From Paramecium tetraurelia (taxonomy: Eukaryota): 64,000 nt of DNA. The position numbers and the translations under genes are program-made. The notes beneath the pieces are model-generated. The model saw only the letters and a list, made by a program, of their open reading frames with translations, ran no database searches and had not been told where the DNA came from. Each line of letters opens with the position of its first letter. The stretch's first letter is position 1. Where the stretch lies: NCBI GenBank assembly GCA_000165425.1, contig CT868152.1:186001-250000 (forward strand), in the 5' to 3' direction. Below are positions 28,226 through 40,909 of the stretch, piece after piece.

Positions 28226-28996
28226 TCAATAAAGCTGTTATTACTATTAAGATTAAATCTCCTTCAATTTTTAATCATAATGCCTTTAAGCATTATTATA
28301 GATTTATTAATATTATTATTTCTCCTCCTTTGATCTTTCTTAATCATGTATAATTTATTTGATAATGTCGCTTGCTCCCTACGTGTCTCCTTACTTCGCT
28401 TTGTCTTGTCCTTATTTTAAGAGATACAGAATTTGCTTAAAATTAAAAGTGCAAAGTACTTGCTATCCTGGAAAGATGTGCTCCATGTTGGTTAATATCA
28501 TAATAAGTATCTGTTATGTAAGATCTGCCTGTAATTATTACTAGTTCATTTGTTTCATTTGTTATTACATCTATCTAATGGATATTCATATAGAAGCTTT
28601 ACTAGTATTAACTTTATAAATATGGTATTGCATTTAATTCACTTTCCCCATGTGCAAAAGTACAAGTGGGCCCATTCTTGCATTGCCCTGTTTATGGATT
28701 GAAATGCTTGCATAATTATGCTAATTTCATTATCTTGATCATTTACTTTTGTAATTCACAACCATTGGGTTGATCCCTTGAACCTTATTGAAATTGTTGG
28801 CAGGTATAACTTATTCAACATATCCAGCTTATAAACTATTAGCTCTAAGTTCTTATGGTCCATGAGCAAACTAACATCTTAACCCCAAAGCGCAAACCCC
28901 ATTTGATGCTATATTTTGAATCAAATTCTTACTAAAATGTCTACAGAGTTGTGTTTTGTACTTTTGATTCGGATACTGAGTTGCCTATTGGTACAT
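28226..28996 (-). CDS. Tandem CCCH zinc-finger (TIS11/TTP-like) RNA-binding protein
   Basis: KYKTQLCRHF..GVCALGLRCQFAHGPQELR and CKHFNPQTGQCKNGPTCTFAHGESEL. Confidence 0.92.
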
Positions 28997-29573
28997 AATT
29001 TTAAATAATATCTCAATTAAAAGAAATTAATTTATTCATTCTAATAAAAAAAAGATTATTAGATAATTCTTTTTGAGTGCAAAATTTCATGCTATAATTC
29101 TCTCTTCTTTAATACTAAATACTTGATCTTAGAATAAAGATCCTCAAGATTTCAGTTCTTTTTCCTTACAAAATAAATTTTGTGCCTTTTTTAATCATCA
29201 CCAGCTTATCTAATTGAATATACTTTATAGCATTGAGTGGACTTTAATTCATTAGATTTATAAAATTGATAGAAAATTTAAAGATCATAATATAATAAAA
29301 ATTTTATAATAAAAATTTTTGTTCCCATTAGTTCAATTTCAAATATTGACAAATGATGAACAATGTACATATCTATTTCTGGGTTTGAAAAACTATATTG
29401 TATTTAATTCATTATTAAATAGATGTCTATGCAGAATCAATTATTAGAATAATTAACAATCTTTAAGAAAGAACATGTCTTATTATTTATGGATTAGTTC
29501 TAGTTTAATGCAATATGAATAAAGTTAAAATGTTTACGTTTCTTTATTTTATATTATACTTATGTAATATATA

Positions 29574-30106
29574 TCAGAATCTCAATTTTGAGAAAAGGAA
29601 TCTTGATTGAGCTTTCTTGTCAGCCAAACTTCCAGCTGGTAATGTTCTATATTTTTCAGCTAAATATTTTCTCAAATTCTTTCTCAAGTCCTTTCTTTTT
29701 TCAACATTCTTCAATTCAGCCTCTTTTACTCTTTCAATTCTATCTCTGACTTCCTTTAAGGTTGATTCTTCTAATCTGTATCTAGAAACAATCTATATTT
29801 TTAATACCTTGTTGGCATAATGTGATTAAGATTTAATTATTTAATGAAGACTTTCAATGTTGTTCGCTTTCTGATTTACTTTTAACCCATTCTCTTGGTA
29901 ACCTTTCTTGGATATCTTTAAATACCAACAACTAAACCATTTGGGAATTTTGCATCCTAAAAAAATCAAACTTTGATTTACTTTAGTTGATTCTTCATTT
30001 GCTTTAATCAAAATAGCCTTCTTTCCTGCTTATCTGCCAGCAAGCAAAACTACTAGACGACCTGGTTTCAAGCTAGCTATATTACTATTGCTTACAATTT
30101 TCCCAT
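29574..30106 (-). CDS. RPL27: 60S ribosomal protein eL27
   Basis: MGKFLKPGRLVVLLAGRQAGKKA...RYPRKVTKRMG...NHIMPTRY...FLFSKLRF*; 3 introns. Confidence 0.97.
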
Positions 30107-30401
30107 TTAAAAATACTAAATAAATCTTTTAATAATTTATTCCAAATTTTTTGTTACTAATAATCTAACTCATTGATTGAGCACACCTAAAATTATTAAA
30201 ATTTAAAGGCTTTAGAAATACATTTTGAGTACTATAATAAACAACCTGATTAATGATTAATAATTAGAATGTTCGATATAATGAATAACAATTAAGAAGC
30301 TGATGATTTATCAAGGCTTAGAAATTTATAATCTTTTAAAAAAGAATTAGAGTTAATGTGATATATAATATTTTATATTGTACGATAAAATCTTTGAATA
30401 A

Positions 30402-31016
30402 TCAAAAGACTAGGTCATGTGGTCTAGTTGTTTTGCCAATGCTGAAACGTGCACCAAGATATTGTTTCAAGAGTGGTGTTTTCTTAACAGCTGCAATCAA
30501 TGCATCATCAATTGATTTTTAAGTCTTTCTTTTGCCATCCAATCTTGTTTTTTCTGCTGTTTATTATTCAGCTGTGAGCTATACATTATATAGTAATTTA
30601 CTTCTCCTCTCTTGGCCCAGAATCCCTATTCATTTTTACGTCTTTAAGCTTATGTTCTCTTGAAATATTCGTCATCGACTTAACCAGCATTCACTCCATT
30701 AACATCTACTTTAGTGGATGTTGGAATGACATATGCTGAGTTGACTCTCTTGAGTGGGACACCATTAATTTTGAATGGACCTGTAACAAGCAACAATCCT
30801 GATTTAAGCTACTTCAAGAATACTACTCTCTTTCCTTAGAATCTTCCAGCCAACAAGATTAATACTTGTCCTGGAACAATCTTTCTCAACTTAGCTGGTC
30901 TTGGAGCCTTTTTTGATTTTATTTCACTATACTTTTCTCTTTCTAACGAAATGAACGTTTTCATCATCACTCTTATACCAATTACCAATTCTCACAGTTC
31001 TCTTTTTAGCAGGCAT
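30402..31016 (-). CDS. RPL6: 60S ribosomal protein eL6
   Basis: [45 protein letters not shown]...PHDLVF*; 2 introns. Confidence 0.97.
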
Positions 31017-31506
31017 TGATTATATTTAATTAATTTTAAATCTAATTTTAAAATTTAATTATCCTTAATCACTCGTCTCTTTTCCCTATCCATTAATCAA
31101 ATATTGTAATTGAATCAAGATTTAATGAGAGCAACCTACGAATACAATATTAATTATATAATGTGATTAAATATATTCCTTAGTTTATAAGGACAGCTAA
31201 TTCTAGGCAAATTCATCTATTTTTCATCATACTTTAAGGTAGTACAATTTTGATGGTAAATAATAGAAAAATCTTATGGATTTGAAAATAAAATATGATT
31301 TTAAAATTATGTATAAAAAATCATTAAAATTAATTATATTAAAACCTAATTCTATTATGGCTTTATTTCACAAAAAAACAAAACGATGATCATAAGGAAT
31401 TTTAACTATCGAAAAGGGTTATCTAAAGGCTAATGCAAGGCGGATCATGAAAATATTTTCTATTTATAATTTTAATTGTGAAATATATTAATTTTATTAA
31501 ATTAAA

Positions 31507-32849
31507 ATGAAAGGGTGGAATAATTTTTACAAAGTCTCATAAAGAGTGAAGAGATAAGAAAACTACATTACAGATATAACTAATTTCGAAAATAATAACT
31601 ATTTAATAAATTAGAAAATAGATGAGTATCTTGATTATGAATTTCCTTAAAATGAATGTTTTAGTTTGGCTTAGTTAATAGAATCAATGGTATTTTATAT
31701 TATTATGTTAAGAAATGCAATTGCATAAAGATTTATAAAGGATAGGTTTTAATTATTATTTTATAAGTATTAAAACATCTTTAATAATTACATTAAAAGA
31801 GATTATCACATGGAAGATTAAAGCCTTAAAACATTTTTATTTAATTAAAAAATGAAAAAGATAATAAATTAACAATTATATAATCATTTATTACAATACA
31901 ATAGATCTATTTTATAAATTATAGATATATTGATGATGTTGAATATGAAATTAATTACTCTTAAGATGTTTATGATATTATTGATTGTTGTATCGAATTA
32001 ATATAAGCATATTCAAATACACTTTGTGAATTATTGCTATTAATTATTAATAATTTAAATTAGTATAAAAATAATATAGTGGAAGGGGATATATATAAAG
32101 TACTTGAGTTTATTGATTTATTAATTAAAGAGTATTTAATATTATTATTTTAGATGTGTTGATTAAGAAAACTAAAAAGTAAAAAAAACTAAAATTTATC
32201 CTTCTAAATTAAATGAATAAACTACTTCAACTATTTAATGTTAGGAAGGGGAAGAATATAATATGATATCAAAAAGATGGAGAATTTCAACTATTTTTAT
32301 TACAAAGTTTTTGGATGTAATTTGTTCTTAATCAGTTGATTGTGAATTAGGATTGTAAAATGATTCTATAGAAAATAGAATTGATCAATATGTTCAATAT
32401 ATTGATACAAATCTATTGATATAAGAAGAATTACAGATCTATTAAATTGTAGAATCAATAATAAGATAATAAATGATGAAAATAATTTGGAAGAACTATG
32501 GGGAATTCTTAGAATCTTGGTAATAAGAACATGATTCAAAATGTGAGGAAATAGTTAAAATCATAAATAAAAGAAATAAATATATCTTAAATAATCACTT
32601 AATTTTTATTCTTAATGAATATAACAATGTTAAAAAAATAAATGATGAAATACAAGAAGATATTGAAAAGAATTACAAGTTTAATATCGTTTATGATGAA
32701 TAAAAAGCGAAAGATCAATTTATTTTAGAACTTAAGGTTTAGGCATAAAATTAAGATTTTAATAATATTCAAGCATTTATTGACAATATCAAAACCTAAG
32801 TTAAATAAGAATTATAAGAATATTACAATCAAATTTTAGAACTTGAAAT
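31507..32849 (+). repeat. Left arm of a ~1.35 kb inverted duplication (partner 37644-38987)
   Basis: Reverse complement of 37644-38987 matches along the full length, roughly 95% identical by eye. Confidence 0.95.
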
Positions 32850-32877
32850 ATTAACTTTAATACATGATTTAATTTGA
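31507..32877 (+). CDS. Divergent kinase-like (pseudokinase) protein, copy A
   Basis: MKGWNNFYKV...ILQVLKHLQQLHQKRLSHGRLKPQNIFI (HRDLKPxN-like, no Asp); 2 introns; open to TGA. Confidence 0.7.
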
Positions 32878-32911
32878 TTTTCTTTAATAAAATATTAAAA
32901 TGGAAATTTTA

Positions 32912-34887
32912 TCATTTTGGAGACTATAATATATCACTTTTAACTTATAGCTTTTGATCACTTTTAACATCTTACTAATTTACTGATTCTCCGTTTGATC
33001 CGATTTCTAATTCTTAATGTTCTCCCTTTTCATGATGCTTTTTAGCTCCATGATGATGACCTTGATTTAAAGAGTGTTTTATAATTATTAAATCTAAAAT
33101 TAATGTAATAGCAAAGATGACTAAATTAGCTAGATTATATGACCAAGCGAATCTAGTTAAATCATTTTCTAGATTGGTGAAGAAGTAATCGCTTACAGGA
33201 TCTGAAACACAATTATTATCATTGACATCTTTAATTACAAGTCTTTTGGTATCAATGATAGCGAATGAAACACAAATAACAATGATTTCTGCTATTTACA
33301 AAGCTATCTTAAAGCCAATTTCAATCAAAAATATATAATTATATTAAGAATCAGGACGAGCTAAATAATATTTAATTCTTATTACTTGCCATACAAGACC
33401 AAACAAAATTACAAGCTGTCATAATTCCAACAATATTAAATATAAGACCAATAACAATAAAATATGTTATTGTGACACCCAATTAAACTCTTAAGGATAT
33501 ATATACAAATGATAATGTACTTCCCTCATGAATTACATCATCAAATAATTACCCTCTGCAATTTGGAGCCCAAGGAATGTAAGTCTTAGAATGCATAGTC
33601 CAATTATATCTGGTATCTATGTTAAAATACGGTAATTTTTCCTTAAGATAAATTACATTATTGGATAAATAAAATTATTCTTCATCTATCGAATGAATTA
33701 ATTTAAATAAGGGATCTGTATTTTCGCATTATTTTCTTCTATCTGTCATAAGAGGATAATCAATTCTGTTTGGAGAGATATTCTAATTTTAATTCCTTCT
33801 GCACACCTTATCACTTTCTGTAACTCTAAATTCAATAAGAGGTAAATTTGATGTATTCTTTAAGTAATAAAAATAAAACCCCTTTCCTAAATCATAAATA
33901 AATCCAATATTAGTATCATTTAATTTTGATAAATTTTAGTAATTAGAATTAGTTGTAAACCCAATATCTGAAATTGGACAACTCATATCGGGTGGAACAC
34001 AAAATTTATTGTCTCCTGTTCCGCATATAGTTTTATTTTCTGATTCACAATAACTTTAATTTGTTTATAAACTAATTCCTGTTTTTCTTCTAGCGCATAG
34101 AACAAAGGCTAAAATAACAATGTTTCATTTACGTCTTCCATAAGAACCATCGTTCCAAGAGTTAAAGACCTTAGGTTATTACTCATCTACCGTTTCACAA
34201 CTTTTCGTTGTCATATCTTAACTACAAACTCTTCCAAGCATAAAAGATTATTTAAAGAAGCCCTCTACATTTTCTGTGTTTTAATTGTTCAATGAATTAA
34301 AATTAAACCCCTAGCTACAATCACATCCAATCATTGTTCCAGGCCAATAATATTCATATAATGAAGAATACTAAATTTTTTCAAATTATTATTACTTCAC
34401 TTCCAAATTAAGTCTTACAATTTTTATTTGTATAAGTATATTGAATATCGTCTATTACATATGAACCCATGTTATCTAAAAATTGTTTATAATCTCCTTC
34501 ATATACTGTCTGATCTCTATATGATAAAATACTTAATGCTAATACAGTTAGACTTACTAAAAAAAAATAAGCTTAATATGCCAATCTCACTTTATCAACT
34601 GGTTTTTTACGCAATAATCGTTTTAGTCTTCTTGCTGAAATCAATTTTTATTCTTTTTATTGTTTCTTTTTTTTTTTTATTATATCTCTTCTCATCATTT
34701 TAGGATCTTCCTCAATATAAATTTGATTTAACACGCTACCCATTTGATTTCCTTCACTGTATTTTTGTGTTTACTACTGTCCCTCCTAATCTAAATTTTG
34801 ATTATTATCTAAGTCTTGTTTTAAAGGTTATTGATCTTAGTCTGGGTGATATTCCTAAGGTTCTAAGTTTTAGTCTTATTCAGCCAT
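32912..34887 (-). CDS. Ciliate-type multi-pass membrane protein with Cys-rich extracellular domain
   Basis: N-terminal TM (AYFFLVSLTVLALSIL), YWPGTMIGCDC, ICGTGDNKFCVPPDMSCPI, C-terminal TM helices; several introns. Confidence 0.75.
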
Positions 34888-36341
34888 TAATTAATTAATA
34901 TATTCAAAAATATGAAAGGTGTGGCTTAGAATAATACATCATTAGAATATATAAAGAATTAAATCTCATATTTTATTCTTCCCAACAGTGATATCATTAA
35001 ATCATTTATTACAACACGACTTATTCATCTATTTCATTCTGTCTTTATATTTTATATTAAGATTATTTGGAATTATTAATATGTAACAGAAATTATTGTA
35101 AATGGATTTTTTAATAATATTAAGCTATCCTTTTATTTGATATTAATAATATTTTAACTCAAATTACTTTGATGTAATGGTTATTTCTATTGTTTATAGT
35201 ATTAAATCAATCTTGATTAGAAATACATTATAATTTAGTGTAATAATTTCACTTATTTTTTATTATCAAAAGCTAATTTCTTTTGTTATAAGTTATTATA
35301 ATAATTTTGTTGCAAAATGATGATTTCAAAGAATCTGATAATGATCATATGTCAATATTAGTATATAATTGAATTAAAACTCATGATAAGAGAAGAAGCC
35401 TACTACTTCGAAAAATAAATTGGAAGTATCTCCTTTCATCCTACTGAAAAGATCTTGGATAAACTAACATGGAGGATGTAAACAAATCCTTTTTCATCAA
35501 TAAGTGCAAATCAGTAAATCAATTGAAATTGATTGAATTATATTTATTTTTTATCTTCTTTATCTCAATTCTTAATAAAACTTGATATTTAGGTGAAAAA
35601 GTCCAAAATTTCTTTATTTATTTAAATAGTATAAATTTAACAACACCGATGAACATCTTGGAATCATCGTTGCTTTAGTATTTATTAGAAATTCTAAGTC
35701 AGTATTTTGAATACAGAATCGAAATTATTGGAATCTTTAAGGTCATCGAAGAATAGTTGTTGCTAATTCTTAAATAGAGGATCAAACTTTAACATGTAGT
35801 ATTAAAATTTTATAATCTTTACTCTATTTAATAAATTTGAAGGTTAATAAGTTCTTTAGAAATAAAGATTATTCTATTAAAAATACAATTAATAAGAGCA
35901 TCTTCGAGATTTAGTTAATGATAATTTGATATCATTAAAATCTTATGATAAATCATAAAAAAACAAAAATTATTATTAAACAAAATCAAAAATTTATAGT
36001 AATATAAACTAAGAAATAAATTTTATAAAAGCATATTAAGAAATTAAAGCAGTTTTACTCAAAATTGAACTCTGATAAAGTTTTTGATTTTTGATGATAA
36101 TTATTTACTAAATTACTTACCAACATAATCATTATAACATTTATTCAATAATAATTTACATCTTTCATAAGAATCAATAATCAAATAATTGGTAAGTAAA
36201 TTGGCTATTAAACTTGTCAGATTTCAATCTTAATCCGATGATGTTGAAAATTTATTAGAAATTTATTACATTTATTGTAATTATAATTGGTGTTTATATT
36301 AAATTTAATTAATAAAACGTGTTAAATAATTAAATTAAAAG

Positions 36342-37486
36342 ATGAGTTAAGTATCATAAAGATAAAGAAGTCCTTCCCCTTAATCTCCAGAAAAGGTTGC
36401 ATAAAGAGAAAAGGCAGCATAAGCAATGAAAAGACGAAACCAAACATAACCAAGCTTTTTTGATAAATATGCTTACCATTTGGTAATTGGTGCATTTGGA
36501 TTTGTTTGTGTTTATGCTTTATATTCTATACTAACACGTTCAAGCAAGAAGCTGACCACAGCGCCTGTAATAGATGAAGAAGAAATTGCAGGTCATAATT
36601 CTTTAGGATCTTATTTACAAGGGCCAAATGATTTCTTTAAAGATTGGAAATTTAGTGATGCTAAATTCATCTTTAACAATCATTTGACATTCAAAGGAAA
36701 AATCCCATAATGCCCAGAGAGTGGAGTCATTATTCCAGAGAGTTACAATTTTAGAGAAGTTTAACCTGAATGTGCTTAACCAATCTATAATCAAGGTAAT
36801 CTATTGATCAATCGATAGGAAATTGCTCATCCAGTTATTCTATAGCTGCTGTTTCAGCTACAAGTGATAGATTATGTAAAGTCAGAAATGGTGAATTTTA
36901 AGATTAATTATCACCATAATCACCAATCTCATGTGACAATAAAAATTATAGATGTGGAGGAGGAAGTGTTACTAGAGTATTAGAAGTCGGCAAAAAGCAA
37001 GGATTTGTTACAACCTCTTGTTTACCATATACTGGAACTGAAGATGCAAAAGATAATTGTGATGCTCTCTTTACTAATTGTGAAAAATATAAGATCTAAG
37101 ATTATTGTGTTATCTCCAGCGAGGAAAACATTAAAAGAGAAATCTTAAACAATGGGCCTGTTGTTGCAGTTATATAAGTATTCAAAGACTTCCTTGTTTA
37201 TAAAGGTGGAATCTATGAGGTCGTGGAAGGAAGCTCAAAGTATAATTAAATTGTATTAATTAGATTCCAATATGGACATGCTGTCAAGGTTATTGGTTGG
37301 GGTAAACAAGACGGAGTTAATTATTGGGTTATCGAAAATTCATGGGGAGATTCATGGGGTCTTAAAGGTTTAGCCTATGTTGCTGTTGGTATTTAAATCA
37401 TATTATGTCAAGGTTAAAATTAATTGCAATTAGAAGCATATTCAGTAGCACCTATTGTAGCAGCTCCACAAGAAAAGGCTGAATGA
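36342..37486 (+). CDS. Papain-family (cathepsin B/TINAG-like) protein with Cys->Ser at the catalytic site
   Basis: [66 protein letters not shown]-terminal TM anchor; 3 introns. Confidence 0.92.
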
Positions 37487-37615
37487 TTGTATCATATTAT
37501 ATCATTGTACCTTTTATTTCTAATATTAATTTCTTAATTGCCTAAATTAAACTAAAATTATATACTTAAAAATTATATAGGTATGCATATTTATGATAAA
37601 AAAATTAAATCAATT

Positions 37616-38987
37616 TCATATTAAATCATCATCAAGGTGTAACATTTCAAGTTCTAAAATTTGATTGTAATATTCTTATAACTCATATTTAACTTAGTTT
37701 TTGATATTGTTAATAAATGCTTGAATATTATTAAAATCATAATTTTATGCCTAAACCTTAAGTTCTAAAATAAATTGATCTTTCGCTTTTTATTCATCAT
37801 AAACGATATTAAACTTGTAATTCTATTCAATATCTTCTTTTATTTCATCATTTATATTTTTAATATTGTTATATTCATTAAGAATACAAATTAAGTGATT
37901 ATCTAAGATATATTTATTTCTTTTATTTATGATTTTAACTATTTCCTCACATTTTGAATCATGTTCTTATTACCGAGATTCTAAGAATTCTCCATAGTTC
38001 TTCCAAATTATTTTCATCATTTATTATCTTATTATTGATTCAAAAATCTTAAAGATCGGTAATTCTTCTTATTTCAATAGATTTGTATCAATATATTGAA
38101 CATATTGATCAATTCTATTTTCTTTAGAATCATTTTACAATCCTAATTCACAATCAACTGATTAAGAACAAATTACATCCAAAAACTTTGTAATAAAAAT
38201 AGTCGAATATCTCGATCTTTTTGATATCATATTATATTCTTCCCCTTCCTAACATTAAATAGTAGAAGTAGTTTATGCATTGAACTTCGAACAATAAAAT
38301 TTTAGTTTTTTTTACTTTTTAGTTTTCTTAATCAACACATCTAAAATAATAATATTAAATACTCTTTAATTAATAAATCAATAAACTAAAGTACTTTATA
38401 TATATCCCCTTCCACTATATTATTTTTATACTAATTTAAATTATTAATAATTAATAGCAATAATTCACAAAGTGTATTTGAATATGCTTATATTAATTCG
38501 ATACAACAATCAATAATATCATAAACATCTTAAGAGTAATTAATTTCATATTCAACATCATCAATAATTCTATAATTTATAAAATAGACCTTTTATATTG
38601 TAATGAGTGATTATATAATTGTTAATTTATTATCTTTTTCATTTTTTAATTAAATAAAAATGTTTTAAGGCTTTAATTTTCCATGTGATAATCTCTTTTA
38701 ATGTAATTATTAAAGATGTTTTAATACTTCTAAAATGATAATTAAAACCTATCCTTTATAAATCTTTATGAAACCACATTTCTTAACATAATAATATAAA
38801 ATACCATTGATTCTATTAACTAAGCCAAACTAAAACATTCATTTTAATGAAATTCATAATCAAGATTTTCATCGATTTTCTAATTTATCAAATAGTTATT
38901 ATTTTCGAAATTAGTTATATCTCTAATGTAGTTTTCTTATCTTTTCACTCTTTATGAGACTTTGTACCAATTATTCCACCCTTTCAT
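37616..38987 (-). CDS. Divergent kinase-like (pseudokinase) protein, copy B (frameshifted or with an extra intron)
   Basis: MKGWNNWYKV...SHGKLKPQNIFI; inverted paralog of 31507-32877; one extra T near 38297 relative to copy A. Confidence 0.65.
37644..38987 (-). repeat. Right arm of the inverted duplication (partner 31507-32849)
   Basis: Direct sequence match to the left arm, from the ATG to about 25 nt before the stop. Confidence 0.95.
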
Positions 38988-39200
38988 TTAAGAAAAACTT
39001 CAAAATATTATATTTATTAATAATTTTTAATAGAATAATAAGCTTTTATATATAACCCTTGTTTTTATTTACAAATACAGAATATTATTACTCTCCTTGA
39101 TGGATTTATAAGGAATAATATTTTATTGTTTTAAAATAGTGTTTTAAGTTTGCAAGATAATTTTATTCAATTTTAATTAATTATAGGAGAAGAAAATAAA

Positions 39201-39515
39201 ATGTAGGAATCTAGTATTAAAATATAATGGAAACGGATTGAATATTATATAATAGCTTAGATGCGATTGAACACACGTTATAAATGCTCTTCTGATAATA
39301 ACACTTAACAATTGATTTCGAAAAATGGTGATAGGTTTTGCTGTTGTAAAGAAAAAATGAAAGTATTTATTTCAACAATTCAGAAGTATGAAAATAACTT
39401 AAAAACTTGCATGAAAAATCGATTGTGGAAAACTAAACAATAAGAAATTGTTAATGGTATAAAATTAAAAGCTCATTATAAAAGCTAAATCTTAAGCCAT
39501 TTAGTAGCAATATGA
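39201..39515 (+). CDS. Possible short hypothetical ORF or gene relic
   Basis: ATG at 39201 open for about 104 codons in the ciliate code; no recognisable motif. Confidence 0.3.
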
Positions 39516-39725
39516 TTTATTAAATTAATCCTTCTTTAGAAGTTTCTTTGAATAGCTTTTATTAAAACTAAATTTATAAATGTGATGAAGAGAAAAAGAG
39601 ACTTTAAGTAGTGATCATTCATTTCTATTTATTTTATATTTTTTATCAGATATTTATACAATTGGGTATTATAGCAATTAATTTATTTTTTAAGGATTAT
39701 TAATATTTTAATCACATAATCAAAA

Positions 39726-40235
39726 ATGGGAAATGGTCAAGGAATGGAGGAATAAATGGGGACATTCTAACCTCAAGAGATTAAAAGGCTTTATAAGAGA
39801 TTTCAATTCTTAGATAAGGATGGCTCTGGCCAATTAGAACCATCTGAATTGTTTGATGTACCAGAGCTATCTCAAAATCCACTAGTGAAAAGGGTGTTTT
39901 AAATATTTGATAAGGATAATGATGGTAAGATAAGTTTTGCTGAATTTATCACTGGACTTTCTAGTTTGTATGGTAATGATGAAGAAGAGAAGTTAAAATT
40001 TATGTTTAAAATTTATGACATAGATCAAGATGGATTCATTACAAACGGAGAGTTATTCAAAGTGCTTTAAATGATGGTTGGAAATAATTTAACAGATGTT
40101 TAATTACAACAGTTAGTTGATAGAACCATAATCAAGGCAGATGAAGACTTTGATTCTAAAATATCCTTTGCAGAATTTAAAAAAATGGTTAAAGACTTAG
40201 ATGTTGCCTCTAAACTCTAAATGTAAGGAGTTTGA
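39726..40235 (+). CDS. CNB1: Calcineurin regulatory subunit B
   Basis: MGNGQG myristoylation start, EIKRLYKRF, four EF hands (DKDGSG, DKDNDG, DIDQDG, DEDFDS), [17 protein letters not shown]; intronless. Confidence 0.97.
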
Positions 40236-40909
40236 TAGATATATATACAAAATATATTACATTCATTATAATCTTCATTCAAGAATTTGGCGACAAAATA
40301 TTCAAACCTATTCTAATCAATAGTGGAACTTTATTAAAGAGGCAAATTATTCTTCGCATTGGAATAAGGTTATATTGTAAGACTATTGATTAATGCAATA
40401 TTGTTATTAACAAATAAAATATCTACTGATTTTAGAAAACGAATATTAGTTATTCTAATCTCTTATATATTTTAGAGTGAAATTACTAAGCACGGAGTTT
40501 CTAATCTTTTACAATTAATATTTCAAGTTATCTAAATCTTATATTAAATATATGAATTAATATTTGAAGACAATTACTCTAATTATAAAAATTGTAATTC
40601 TAAAAAATGAAATAACAATTCATATCAAACAAAGTTTTAACTATTAATTCATCAATTAATACTTACATTTATCATGTTATTCTTCCTCTAAATCTCAATT
40701 CTAATTTAGATGTTATAAGATTATGGTCCTGTTCGGATGATCAGTGGTTTGATCAGGATAATTAAATCAATTGAGAAAAATTAAATCAAAGATAAGAATG
40801 AAACTCAAAATAAGAATAGATAAAAAAAACAATAAAATTAAATTCTAACTCTATAACATATATACTATTTACTAATAAAACACACAGATAACTAGTGATC
40901 ATTTTAATT

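Noticed and set aside
34660..34735. Apparent frameshift at the 12-nt A run in the membrane-protein gene
   Set aside because: A 29-nt GTA..GAG intron just upstream restores the frame (YNKKKKETIKR), so no recoding is needed.
35316..35385. Box C/D snoRNA candidate (ATGATGA...CTGA)
   Set aside because: Only about 8 nt of possible rRNA complementarity, no terminal stem and no clear final D box; expected by chance in AT-rich DNA.
31507..38987. Composite transposon or IES-like element bounded by long terminal inverted repeats
   Set aside because: The arms are intron-containing genes. No transposase, target-site duplication or TA-bounded IES consensus ends were seen.
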